From NCBI GenBank assembly GCA_902610585.1, contig CACLWE010000003.1, forward strand, positions 52,314 through 116,313: a stretch of 64,000 bases of DNA. Direction: 5' to 3'. The number at the start of each line of letters is the position of its first letter. Within the stretch, counting starts at the first letter, position 1. The stretch comes from an uncultured Pelagibacteraceae bacterium (GTDB lineage: Bacteria > Pseudomonadota > Alphaproteobacteria > Pelagibacterales > AG-422-B15). This document shows positions 1 to 8,744 of the stretch, piece after piece. Position numbers and translations under genes: made by a program. The notes beneath the pieces are model-generated. The model had not been told where the DNA came from and ran no database searches. It worked only from the letters and a program-made list of their open reading frames with translations.

Positions 1-1622
1 TTCCTATAGAGGAGATTGCCTCAAAATTAGACTTGAAGGATCAAAATCTCCAAAAATTTGGTCATCACATAGCTAAAATTGATGCTCAAAATATAGAAAA
101 TAACAACAAAGACGGAAAACTCATTTTAGTTACAGCTATTTCTCCTACTCCAGCGGGTGAAGGCAAGACCACAACGTCGGTTGGGCTTAATGACGGCTTA
201 AATAAAATTGGTAAACAATCATTAGTATGCTTGAGAGAACCAAGTTTAGGACCTTGCTTTGGTGTCAAAGGGGGTGCTGCAGGAGGTGGTTACGCCCAAG
301 TAGTTCCAATGGATAAAATTAATTTACATTTCACCGGTGATTTCCATGCGATCACATCAGCACATAACCTTCTTGCATCGATGATTGATAACCATATTTA
401 TTGGGGGAACGATTTAGGAATTGATACAAGAAGAGTGGTTTGGGGACGCGTAGTGGATTTAAATGATCGTGCTTTAAGAAATATTAATGTTAATTTGGGA
501 GGTATAGCCAACGGGTTTCCTCGTGAAGATAAATTCGATATCACTGTTGCATCAGAAGTGATGGCAATTTTTTGTTTATCTACAAGTTTGGAAGATTTAC
601 AAAATAGACTTGGGAATATCATTGTTGGTTATACAAGGGAGAAGAAAGAAATTACGGCCCGAGACTTAAATGCGGACGGCGCGATGACTACTTTGCTAAA
701 AGATGCTTTCTTACCTAATCTTGTTCAAACACTGGAGAAAAATCCTGCTATCATTCATGGGGGTCCTTTTGCAAATATTGCCCATGGATGCAATTCTTTA
801 GTTGCTACTCAAACTGCTCTTAAATTAAGCGATTATGTTGTGACAGAAGCAGGGTTTGGTGCAGATCTTGGAGCAGAAAAATTTTTAGATATAAAGTGCC
901 GTAAAGGAAAATTAAATCCTTCAGCAATAGTAATAGTTGCAACAGTTCGAGCATTAAAAATGCATGGTGGTATGGATAAAAAAGAATTAAAAAATGAAAA
1001 TGTTGAAGCTGTTAAAAAAGGTTTATCAAATTTAAAGCAGCACATTGCAAATATGCAAATGTATGGGGCACCTGTTACAGTTGCTATTAATCATTTCATA
1101 TCTGATAGTGAAAAAGAATTATCAGCAATAAGCGATTGCTGTGACTCATTAAATGTAAAGTCATTTAATTGTACACATTGGAGCAATGGTGGTGCAGGTA
1201 CAGAGGACTTAGCAAAGCACATAGTAGAAATTACTGAGCAAAATGCTCCAAAGATAAAGCACCTGTATCCGGACGAAATGAAATTGTGGGATAAGATGAA
1301 AAAAATTGCACAAGAAATATATGGTGCAAGCGATATTATTGCTGACCAAAAAATAAGAACGCAGTTTGATGAGTTGGAGGAAAAATATGGCCATTACCCA
1401 ATATGTGTAGCTAAAACTCAATATAGCTTCTCAACTGATCCAAATTTAAGAGGCGCTCCAAAAGACCATATAGTTCCTATCAGAGAAGTTAGACTAGCAG
1501 CGGGTGCAGAGTTTCTTGTAGTTGTATGCGATAAAATTATGACTATGCCAGGTCTGCCTAGAGTTCCAGCTGCAAATGCTATACACTTAAATAAAAATGG
1601 CGACATAGAGGGATTGTTTTAA
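1..1622 (+). CDS. fhs: formate--tetrahydrofolate ligase, 5' end outside window
   Basis: The reading frame stays open back to base 3 ([13 protein letters not shown]...), so the listed TTG at 33 is not the real start. The product has FTHFS hallmarks: [14 protein letters not shown] and [13 protein letters not shown]. Confidence 0.93.
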   Translation, partial: PIEEIASKLDLKDQNLQKFGHHIAKIDAQNIENNNKDGKLILVTAISPTPAGEGKTTTSVGLNDGLNKIGKQSLVCLREPSLGPCFGVKGGAAGGGYAQVVPMDKINLHFTGDFHAITSAHNLLASMIDNHIYWGNDLGIDTRRVVWGRVVDLNDRALRNINVNLGGIANGFPREDKFDITVASEVMAIFCLSTSLEDLQNRLGNIIVGYTREKKEITARDLNADGAMTTLLKDAFLPNLVQTLEKNPAIIHGGPFANIAHGCNSLVATQTALKLSDYVVTEAGFGADLGAEKFLDIKCRKGKLNPSAIVIVATVRALKMHGGMDKKELKNENVEAVKKGLSNLKQHIANMQMYGAPVTVAINHFISDSEKELSAISDCCDSLNVKSFNCTHWSNGGAGTEDLAKHIVEITEQNAPKIKHLYPDEMKLWDKMKKIAQEIYGASDIIADQKIRTQFDELEEKYGHYPICVAKTQYSFSTDPNLRGAPKDHIVPIREVRLAAGAEFLVVVCDKIMTMPGLPRVPAANAIHLNKNGDIEGLF

Positions 1623-3265
1623 TGGCTCACATGTATGATACAAATTTAGACAAAAACGATGCAAATTTTACTCCATTGTCTCCTTTAACTTTTCTCATAC
1701 GAGCAGCGGAAGTTTATCCAAACAGAACTTCGATTATACATGGCAAAAAACAATTTACATGGTCTGAAACATATAAAAGAAGCAAACAACTTGCGAGCGC
1801 ACTTTCTAAAAGAGGTATAGGAAAGGGAGATACTGTTGCAGTTCTTTGTTTTAATACTCCTGAAATATATGAGACACATTTTGGTGTTCCGATGATAGGA
1901 GCTGTATTAAATACGATAAACATCAGATTAGATGTAGATACAATTAGTTATATTCTTGAGCACGGTGAAGCAAAAGCATTGATTACTGATAATGAGCTTT
2001 CACCGACGATAAAACAAGTACTCGATAAGATAAAAAATAAAATTCTTGTAATAGATATTGATGATGAGCTAGCAAATCATCCTGAGGGAGCTGGAGAGAA
2101 TCTTGGGGAAATTAATTATGAGGATTTTCTTTTAACAGGTGACAGTGGTCTCGAATGGAGTTTACCAGACGATGAATGGCAATCATTAGCGCTCAACTAT
2201 ACGTCAGGCACTACTGGATTACCAAAAGGGGTCGTTTATCATCACAGAGGCTCCTACTTGATGGCACTTGGATCTGTTACTGCTTTTAGTATGCCAATGC
2301 ATCCTACTTATATGTGGGTTGTTCCAATGTTTCATTGTAATGGTTGGGGCAATCCCTACACTCTTACAGCTCTAGCAGGCACGAGTGTATGCCTTAGATA
2401 TGTTTCTGCTAAAAATATGTTTGATGCTATTGCAGATCATAAGGTAACTCATTTTGGTGGCGCACCAATTGTTCTAAATTTTCTAGCACAAGCAACAGCT
2501 GAGGAAAAAAGAGAATACTCTCAACAAGTATATGTAGTCACAGCAGGAGCTCCTCCACCCGCAGCCACATTAGAAGCGGTTCAAAAAATGGGTTTTGACG
2601 TTACTCATGTTTATGGACTGACTGAAACATACGGACATATTTCATTATGCGCATGGCAGGATGAATGGAATGAGCTGTCAGTTGAAGAACAGTCAAAGCT
2701 TAGATCAAGGCAGGGCGTAAAGTTTCCGATGATGGATGGCCTAGCAATTATGAACCCTGAGACTATGGAGCATGTTAAGAATGACGGTGAAGAAATAGGT
2801 GAGATTATGATACGCGGTAACTGTGTAATGAAGGGATATTTAAAAAATAAGGAAGAAACAGATAAAGCTATGGCAGGAGGCTGGTTTCACTCAGGTGATC
2901 TGGCTGTAATGCATCCTAATGGTTACATTCAAATAAAAGATAGAAGCAAAGATATAATCATCTCAGGTGGTGAAAATGTCTCATCAGTTGAAATAGAAAA
3001 TACACTTTATAAACATCCATCTGTATTATTTGCTGCAGTAGTTGCAAAACCAGATGAAAAATGGGGTGAAACACCATGTGCTTTTATCGAATTAAAAGAT
3101 CAAAATGATAGCGTGAGTGAAGGTGATATTATTTCGTTTTGTAAAGAAACTCTTGCTGGCTTTAAGTGTCCTAAAAAAGTCGTTTTTACTGAACTACCAA
3201 AAACTTCAACAGGTAAGATATTAAAATACGAACTGAGAGAAATGGCTAAAGCCGCTGACGCTTAA
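1622..3265 (+). CDS. AMP-dependent acyl-CoA synthetase/ligase (short/medium-chain type)
   Basis: Carries the AMP-binding signature YTSGTTGLPKGV, plus GWFHSGDLAV and DRSKDIIISGGENV. The start overlaps the fhs stop by 1 nt (TAATG). Confidence 0.88.
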   Translation: MAHMYDTNLDKNDANFTPLSPLTFLIRAAEVYPNRTSIIHGKKQFTWSETYKRSKQLASALSKRGIGKGDTVAVLCFNTPEIYETHFGVPMIGAVLNTINIRLDVDTISYILEHGEAKALITDNELSPTIKQVLDKIKNKILVIDIDDELANHPEGAGENLGEINYEDFLLTGDSGLEWSLPDDEWQSLALNYTSGTTGLPKGVVYHHRGSYLMALGSVTAFSMPMHPTYMWVVPMFHCNGWGNPYTLTALAGTSVCLRYVSAKNMFDAIADHKVTHFGGAPIVLNFLAQATAEEKREYSQQVYVVTAGAPPPAATLEAVQKMGFDVTHVYGLTETYGHISLCAWQDEWNELSVEEQSKLRSRQGVKFPMMDGLAIMNPETMEHVKNDGEEIGEIMIRGNCVMKGYLKNKEETDKAMAGGWFHSGDLAVMHPNGYIQIKDRSKDIIISGGENVSSVEIENTLYKHPSVLFAAVVAKPDEKWGETPCAFIELKDQNDSVSEGDIISFCKETLAGFKCPKKVVFTELPKTSTGKILKYELREMAKAADA

Positions 3266-4713
3266 GAAAAATGAATAGAATCGTCGTTTAGTCGGCCAAA
3301 TTTAATACCAAAGAAATCTTTAAAATAATTTTGTGTATTGATCCATGGTGACCTGCTGCCTTGTTGGGGGAATAAATGAATAGCTCGATGTATATATCCT
3401 GATGAAAACTCAGTCGCGAGCCAATCTTTTTCAGCTTTCACATCCACTGGAACCCTTGGTACACAATGACTGTAGTTATTCTGATCAAGATAATTAATTA
3501 ATCTACAAGCATATTCACAGGTTAAATCTGCTTTCAAGGTCCAAGATGCATTAATATAACCAAAAGAATTTACGAAATTTGGAATACCGCTGAACATCAT
3601 ACTTTTATAGGTCATTGTTTCAGAAGGCTCGACCAATTTGCCGTCGATATGAACTTGGACACCACCAAAAGATTGTAAGTTTAAGCCTGTAGCAGTTACG
3701 ACAACATCAGCTTCAATATTTTGCCCTGATTTTAGCTTTATTCCCTTGCTAGTAAACTTATCGATATGATCTGTAACGACTGACGCTCTATTGTCTCTTA
3801 TGGACTCAAACAAATCGCCATTAGGAATAAGACACATCCTCTGTTCCCATGGATAATATCGCGGAGTAAAATGTTTTGAAATATCGTGATTAGGCAATAA
3901 TTCTTTAACTCCATCTATGAGCTTTCGTTTTACATATTTTGGATATGATCTACAAATTCTGTAGAGAAGCTGCTGAAAGAATACATTTCGTAACCTAACA
4001 AGAGTGTAAGACATTTTTTGTGGTAAAACTTTTTTTAAAAAATTTGCAAATTTATCTTCATCAGGACTTGGAAAATAATATGTTGGTGAGCGTTGTAACA
4101 TCGTTACGTGTTTAGCTTTTTTTGATAGTTCGGGAACTATAGTTGCTGCTGTTGCGCCACTACCGATAACAACCATTTTCTTATCTGTGTAGTCAAAATT
4201 TTCAGGCCACTTCTGAGGATGTATTAATTTACCTTCGTACTTGTCTAGATCATCAAATTCAGGTGTGTATCCTTCATCATAATTATAGTATCCTGTCCCC
4301 ATGAATAGAAAATTTGCTGTTAATAATATTTCTTGCTCATGATGAGCAGCTCTTACTTCCCAATTTCGCTCTGCTGAATTCCAGTTTGCGCTTAAGACTT
4401 TGTGACTAAATTTTATTTTTTCGCGTAAATTATTTTCTTCAACTGTTTCTTCTAAATAACTCAAGATGGAAGGTCCGTTTGCAATTGTTTTTTGCTCTTT
4501 CCATGGCTTAAATGCATACCCGAGTGTGAACATATCGGAGTCAGATCTTATTCCTGGATATTTAAATAAGTCCCATGTACCGCCTATATTCTCTCTCCCT
4601 TCAATAATACAAAAGGATTTATTGGGACAATTTTTTTTTAAGTAATATCCAGCTCCTATACCCGATATTCCAGCGCCAATTACAATTACATTAAAATGAT
4701 TGCTATTTTCCAT
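3262..4713 (-). CDS. FAD/NADPH-dependent flavin monooxygenase, Baeyer-Villiger (EthA-like) type
   Basis: N-terminal GxGxxG (VIGAGISGIG), GGTWDLFKYPGIRSDS, and a second dinucleotide fold VVIGSGATA. It is the last gene of a tight 4-gene minus-strand operon. Confidence 0.8.
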   Translation of the reverse strand: MENSNHFNVIVIGAGISGIGAGYYLKKNCPNKSFCIIEGRENIGGTWDLFKYPGIRSDSDMFTLGYAFKPWKEQKTIANGPSILSYLEETVEENNLREKIKFSHKVLSANWNSAERNWEVRAAHHEQEILLTANFLFMGTGYYNYDEGYTPEFDDLDKYEGKLIHPQKWPENFDYTDKKMVVIGSGATAATIVPELSKKAKHVTMLQRSPTYYFPSPDEDKFANFLKKVLPQKMSYTLVRLRNVFFQQLLYRICRSYPKYVKRKLIDGVKELLPNHDISKHFTPRYYPWEQRMCLIPNGDLFESIRDNRASVVTDHIDKFTSKGIKLKSGQNIEADVVVTATGLNLQSFGGVQVHIDGKLVEPSETMTYKSMMFSGIPNFVNSFGYINASWTLKADLTCEYACRLINYLDQNNYSHCVPRVPVDVKAEKDWLATEFSSGYIHRAIHLFPQQGSRSPWINTQNYFKDFFGIKFGRLNDDSIHFS

Positions 4714-4718
4714 TGATA

Positions 4719-5348
4719 TTAATTCTTAATCGATATTTCCACTGCATCATATATATTATTTCTATACTCTAATTTCGAGCTAAAATTTTGGGACATATAT
4801 TCCCCGGATTCTCTCACATGGTCGAAATATTCAGCCATTTCATCTTTAAAAATCCCAACATTATCAGCAAATACTACAGAATTTTTGACAATTATGCCCT
4901 TTGATTCCAAAAGTTTTAAATCCGAAAGATACTTTTTTTTCGCATGGTCAATAAATACAAAATCAGCATTGAAGTTTAATTTTGGTATTATTTCCTCAGC
5001 ACTTCCGTGCAGCAAGTCTACTTTATGAGCTAGTCCAGCAAAGTTAATTAATTCTTTCGCTATTTCTATAGAGTGAATGTCTGAGTCAATCGAAGTTAAT
5101 TGACTTTTTTCTCCAATAGTTGATGAGATTAATACTGCTGAATATCCAATAAAAGTTCCTAACTCTATTACATTATTTGGTTCTGATTTTAAAAGATGGT
5201 TTTTTAAAATTTCTCCTTTTTCTGGACCGACATTCATTAAGAATTGACCACTCTCTAACACAAAATTATCTATTGTTTGCAGTATAGATTTCGGATTATT
5301 TCTTTCAGCATTTGAAAAAACATAATCCAAAGTTTGTCGCATCAACAT
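4719..5348 (-). CDS. class I SAM-dependent O-methyltransferase (catechol/caffeoyl-CoA OMT-like family 3)
   Basis: SAM motif I VIELGTFIGYSAV and a downstream DFVFIDHAKKKY, typical of COMT-like enzymes. About 209 aa. Confidence 0.72.
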   Translation of the reverse strand: MLMRQTLDYVFSNAERNNPKSILQTIDNFVLESGQFLMNVGPEKGEILKNHLLKSEPNNVIELGTFIGYSAVLISSTIGEKSQLTSIDSDIHSIEIAKELINFAGLAHKVDLLHGSAEEIIPKLNFNADFVFIDHAKKKYLSDLKLLESKGIIVKNSVVFADNVGIFKDEMAEYFDHVRESGEYMSQNFSSKLEYRNNIYDAVEISIKN

Positions 5349-5351
5349 AAC

Positions 5352-5978
5352 TTATTTTAGCGGACTAGCGGCGCCCCAGTAATGATAGCTTAAAAATTTT
5401 GGTCCGGGAACATACATGCTGTCTATTTTATCTATTTTAAAATTTGCTTTCGTTATTTCATTTGGAATATCTACATCAAGATGACAACCGCCCGCTATCC
5501 TTTTTTGAATCCCGTTCATTCTTTTTTGCCATTTCAAAACATTTGAGTCAGGAGATTTGCCATGTTCAGAGAATAGAAATTTAGCGTTTGGTTTCATAAC
5601 TCTTTTTATTTCAGACATGGCACTGCCTAAGCCAGGAATGGAACACATTGTGTAAGTGCTAATCACTGTATCAAATGAGTTATTATCGAAAGGCAACTCC
5701 TCAGCCTTAAGTTGTTGGATATTCAAATCTATATTGTTTAATTCTGCATTTTGTTTTGCTTTTTTCAACAATACGCCATCTGGCTCAACAGCAAACACCT
5801 CAGATACATTTGCTTTATTGTAATAATTAAAATTTAATCCTGAACCAATACCTATTTCTAATATTCTACCAGACGCAAAGGGTATTACTTTTTCTCTTTG
5901 TTTTCTGAATGGTTTCATTTGCATCGCATAATTAATGAGATGCGGACAAATATATTTATCGTATAGTTTTTGCAGCAA
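5352..5978 (-). CDS. class I SAM-dependent methyltransferase (type 11 domain)
   Basis: ILEIGIGSGLN motif I, VFAVEPDG motif II, and the typical ~200 aa size. Confidence 0.72.
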   Translation of the reverse strand: MLQKLYDKYICPHLINYAMQMKPFRKQREKVIPFASGRILEIGIGSGLNFNYYNKANVSEVFAVEPDGVLLKKAKQNAELNNIDLNIQQLKAEELPFDNNSFDTVISTYTMCSIPGLGSAMSEIKRVMKPNAKFLFSEHGKSPDSNVLKWQKRMNGIQKRIAGGCHLDVDIPNEITKANFKIDKIDSMYVPGPKFLSYHYWGAASPLK

Positions 5979-7004
5979 TTATTTTACACCTAATTTTTTT
6001 TGAATATCGCTTGATGAAGTTGTGTATCGAAAAGTTAGCGTTTCATCTGGTCTAGCGCGTATAAATGCTTTCTGTGCTGCTAGGGCGGCTTCATGAAAGC
6101 CTGATAGAATTAACTTTAGTTTACCTGGGTAATAAGAAATGTCTCCCATTGCAAATACACCTGATAAATTCGTTTCAAAATTTTCCGTATTTACCTCAAT
6201 TTGTTTTTCATTCAAATTTAGGCCCCAATCATTAATAGGTCCAAGCTCCATTTTAAGTCCATAAAAAATTAAGATTTCGTCACAATCTATAATTTTTTCA
6301 TTTCCGTCATTATCTTTTATGATTGCTTTTTCAACTCTATCACTGCCCTTAACATCACTAATCTGATTTTTTGTGATCAAGTCAACTTGACCTTCTTTAA
6401 CAAGTTGTTTCATTAAATTAACCGTGTGATTTGCTGCTTTAAACTCATCGCGTCTATGAACTAATGTTACATGAGAAGCAATTTTTGAAAGTTCAACAGT
6501 CCAGTCAAGCGCGCTATCACCTCCACCAAAAATTATAATCTTTTTATCTTTATAAAAGTTTTTATCAGGTATCGAATATTGAATGCCTTTATTTTCATAT
6601 TTAGATACATTTTCAATTGGTGGTTTTCGTGGCTCGAATGAGCCGACGCCACCAGCTATAAATATATTAGGAGTTTCAAAAACTTTATTGCCCGTAGTTT
6701 TAAGTTTCCATAAGTCGCCAGTATTTATTATTTCATCAATTCTTTCATTTAGGTGAAACGGCGTATTAAATGGCTTGATTTGTTTTTGTAAATTTTCAAT
6801 TAATGATAATCCAGTACACTCTGGCAGCGCAGGTATATCGTAAATTGGTTTATCTGGATATAACTCAGCACACTGTCCTCCAATTTTGTCAAGATTATCT
6901 ACAACGTGACTGTCTAGTCCTAATATACCTAACTCAAATACTGCAAACAGACCGACAGGGCCCGCTCCAATAATTAGACAATCAGTCTTGATAGTTTCAG
7001 ACAT
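5979..7004 (-). CDS. fnr: ferredoxin--NADP(+) reductase, thioredoxin-reductase-like type
   Basis: CLIIGAGPVGLFA FAD fold, GGQCAELYPDKPIYDIP, GGGDSALDW NADPH fold and GDISYYPGK. No CxxC redox pair as in true TrxR. Confidence 0.83.
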   Translation of the reverse strand: MSETIKTDCLIIGAGPVGLFAVFELGILGLDSHVVDNLDKIGGQCAELYPDKPIYDIPALPECTGLSLIENLQKQIKPFNTPFHLNERIDEIINTGDLWKLKTTGNKVFETPNIFIAGGVGSFEPRKPPIENVSKYENKGIQYSIPDKNFYKDKKIIIFGGGDSALDWTVELSKIASHVTLVHRRDEFKAANHTVNLMKQLVKEGQVDLITKNQISDVKGSDRVEKAIIKDNDGNEKIIDCDEILIFYGLKMELGPINDWGLNLNEKQIEVNTENFETNLSGVFAMGDISYYPGKLKLILSGFHEAALAAQKAFIRARPDETLTFRYTTSSSDIQKKLGVK

Positions 7005-7056
7005 ATATTTATTCCTTGTTATATGATAATAAATAATATTACTTATTGATTATACA

Positions 7057-7656
7057 ATGATTTTATTGCGCAGATACCTATTATATTTAATTGCAGTAAT
7101 ATTGATTGCTGTAGCCTTTACTTATGCTTCCGCCAAGCTTTACGAAGAATTTGCATTCATCAAGAATGACAATTGGCAGATTTTACCATCTCCAGGCGAT
7201 AAAAATAGAGATATTTATACAAGAGCAAATGTCGCAATGAGAGGAACATTTGCATTGGCAAAGCCAGAAGCTGCATATTTCCATGCATATAATGATATTG
7301 AAGAGATAAAGTTACAAGGCAACTGTTCTTATCATCTTTTTGGAAATGATATTGAATCAAGATGGTGGAGTATCACCGTTTATAATGAGGACGGTTATTT
7401 AGTTGAAAATAATGAAAAAATATATGCTTTAAATAGTGAAATAATTGATTTCAATGTCGATGGCGGGTTTGATATTTTTTTAACTAATGACAATAGTTTT
7501 ATTTCAAAAGTAGCTGAAAAAAATTGGATTAGGACACCTAGTGATGAGAGTTTTTCCGTCGCATTAAGAATTTATTTACCAGGTGAAGAATATTTCTCAA
7601 AATTAAAGAGAGTAGATTTGCCAGTTATTGAAAAATTGGAGTGTGAGGATGAGTAA
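7057..7656 (+). CDS. DUF1214 domain protein with N-terminal membrane anchor
   Basis: Hydrophobic N-terminus LLYLIAVILIAVAF. DUF1214-like core with RWWSITVYNEDGYLVEN and RIYLP. Confidence 0.5.
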   Translation: MILLRRYLLYLIAVILIAVAFTYASAKLYEEFAFIKNDNWQILPSPGDKNRDIYTRANVAMRGTFALAKPEAAYFHAYNDIEEIKLQGNCSYHLFGNDIESRWWSITVYNEDGYLVENNEKIYALNSEIIDFNVDGGFDIFLTNDNSFISKVAEKNWIRTPSDESFSVALRIYLPGEEYFSKLKRVDLPVIEKLECEDE

Positions 7657-8176
7657 TTTAATTAAAAAATTATTTGCACTTGTGCTCATTGGATTTTCAC
7701 TTCATCTCTTGATAATTTACTACACACCTAGTTTAATGATGAAGTTTATTGGTAGAAATTGGGAAGAGCAAAATATGATTAATAATTCATTTGCTCGCGA
7801 TTTACCTGATTCAGAATTTACTGAAGTTATAAGACCAAGCGCCGATATACTTTATGGCGGATGTGTTTATGACGTTACGTACTTTCCATTGGTTATAGAA
7901 ACTGAAGTGCCTGAGTCTTACTGGTCGATATCGTTCTTTTCAGAAAATACTGATAACTTTTCTACAATAAATGAAAACGTGCACAACTTTGGCAAGCTTA
8001 AAATTTATTTGTTTGGACCTAATTCTATGCCAACAAAGGTAAATGATGGGTTTATAGTTGTTTCTCCTTCTAATAATGGCCTTATGTTAATGAGACAGTT
8101 CATAGGAGATGGTTCAAAAACTGATAAATTAAATGAGATACAAAATAGTTTAGACTGTAGTCTTGAGGGGTCTTAA
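7649..8176 (+). CDS. DUF1254 domain protein with N-terminal membrane anchor
   Basis: I prefer the ATG at 7649 ([16 protein letters not shown]...), which overlaps the upstream stop by 8 nt. DUF1254-like segment [33 protein letters not shown]. Confidence 0.5.
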   Translation: MSNLIKKLFALVLIGFSLHLLIIYYTPSLMMKFIGRNWEEQNMINNSFARDLPDSEFTEVIRPSADILYGGCVYDVTYFPLVIETEVPESYWSISFFSENTDNFSTINENVHNFGKLKIYLFGPNSMPTKVNDGFIVVSPSNNGLMLMRQFIGDGSKTDKLNEIQNSLDCSLEGS

Positions 8177-8493
8177 AACTGCTTCTCAGGCATATTAACA
8201 ACTAAACCGTCTAGCTCATCAGAAACAGTAATTTGACAGCTTAACCTGCTGTTATCTTTTACGTCGAAAGCAAAATCCAGCATATCTTCCTCAGAGTCCT
8301 CTTTTGGAGGCAGTTTTTCTATCCATTCTTTTGCTACATATACATGACAAGTAGCACATGCACATGCACCGCCACAATCTGCATCAATGCCAGGTATTTT
8401 ATTCTTAATCGCACCCTCCATGACAGTCAGCCCACTACTAACATCAATTTCGTGCTCCGTACCGCTAAATTCGATATATTTGATCTTTGCCAT
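8173..8493 (-). CDS. fdx: 2Fe-2S ferredoxin, adrenodoxin/putidaredoxin type
   Basis: Cluster ligand pattern [12 protein letters not shown] plus a distal LSCQI. I prefer the start at MAKIKYIEF (ATG 8493), giving ~106 aa. Confidence 0.88.
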   Translation of the reverse strand: MAKIKYIEFSGTEHEIDVSSGLTVMEGAIKNKIPGIDADCGGACACATCHVYVAKEWIEKLPPKEDSEEDMLDFAFDVKDNSRLSCQITVSDELDGLVVNMPEKQF

Positions 8494-8691
8494 TGAGATT
8501 TTTTTAAGAATATTTAAAAATGCATTGCTTAAGGGGATCAAATACATCAAAAAAGCGCCAAAGCAAGAATTTTCTCACTTTAGCGCTTTTTCTGGGGCCG
8601 GTCGAACCCCGAAACGCATGAACGTCTCATTGCGAACGATCATTCTAGGAAGGTATTTTTTTTGAAACAAGGGGTTATTTATGCAAAAAAG

Positions 8692-8723
8692 TTATCCACA
8701 CGAATTAAGCACACTTATCCCCA
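8692..8723 (+). promoter_or_regulatory. two direct DnaA-box matches: TTATCCACA (8692-8700) and TTATCCCCA (8715-8723)
   Basis: One perfect and one 8/9 match to the TTATCCACA consensus, spaced 23 bp start to start. They lie just upstream of the 8745 start codon. Function unproven. Confidence 0.3.
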
Positions 8724-8744
8724 CTCAAACATTAACTTATTAAC

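Noticed and set aside
1622-3265. Calling the acyl-CoA synthetase next to fhs a DMSP-pathway MMPA-CoA ligase (dmdB).
   Set aside because: Only generic AMP-binding motifs are visible. No dmdA, dmdC or dmdD lies in the window. Family membership cannot be resolved without a phylogeny, so it is kept as a generic acyl-CoA synthetase.
8594-8625. tRNA-like fragment. The minus strand reads GGGGTTCGACCGGCCCC, reminiscent of a T-arm GGTTCGA loop, and might mark a tRNA remnant or integration scar.
   Set aside because: The loop is 9 nt, not 7. There is no acceptor, anticodon or D-arm partner sequence and no CCA context. No integrase or direct repeat is nearby.
8494-8744. Possible chromosomal replication origin. 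The spacer has a perfect DnaA box plus a near-perfect second box, AT-rich flanks, and lies in an intergenic region.
   Set aside because: There are only two boxes and no clear cluster or repeated AT-rich 13-mer-like unwinding element. Gene orientation does not switch here: the long co-oriented minus-strand blocks at 25-40 kb and 48.5-64 kb suggest replication enters from the right of the window. A whole-genome GC-skew plot would be needed to revisit this.
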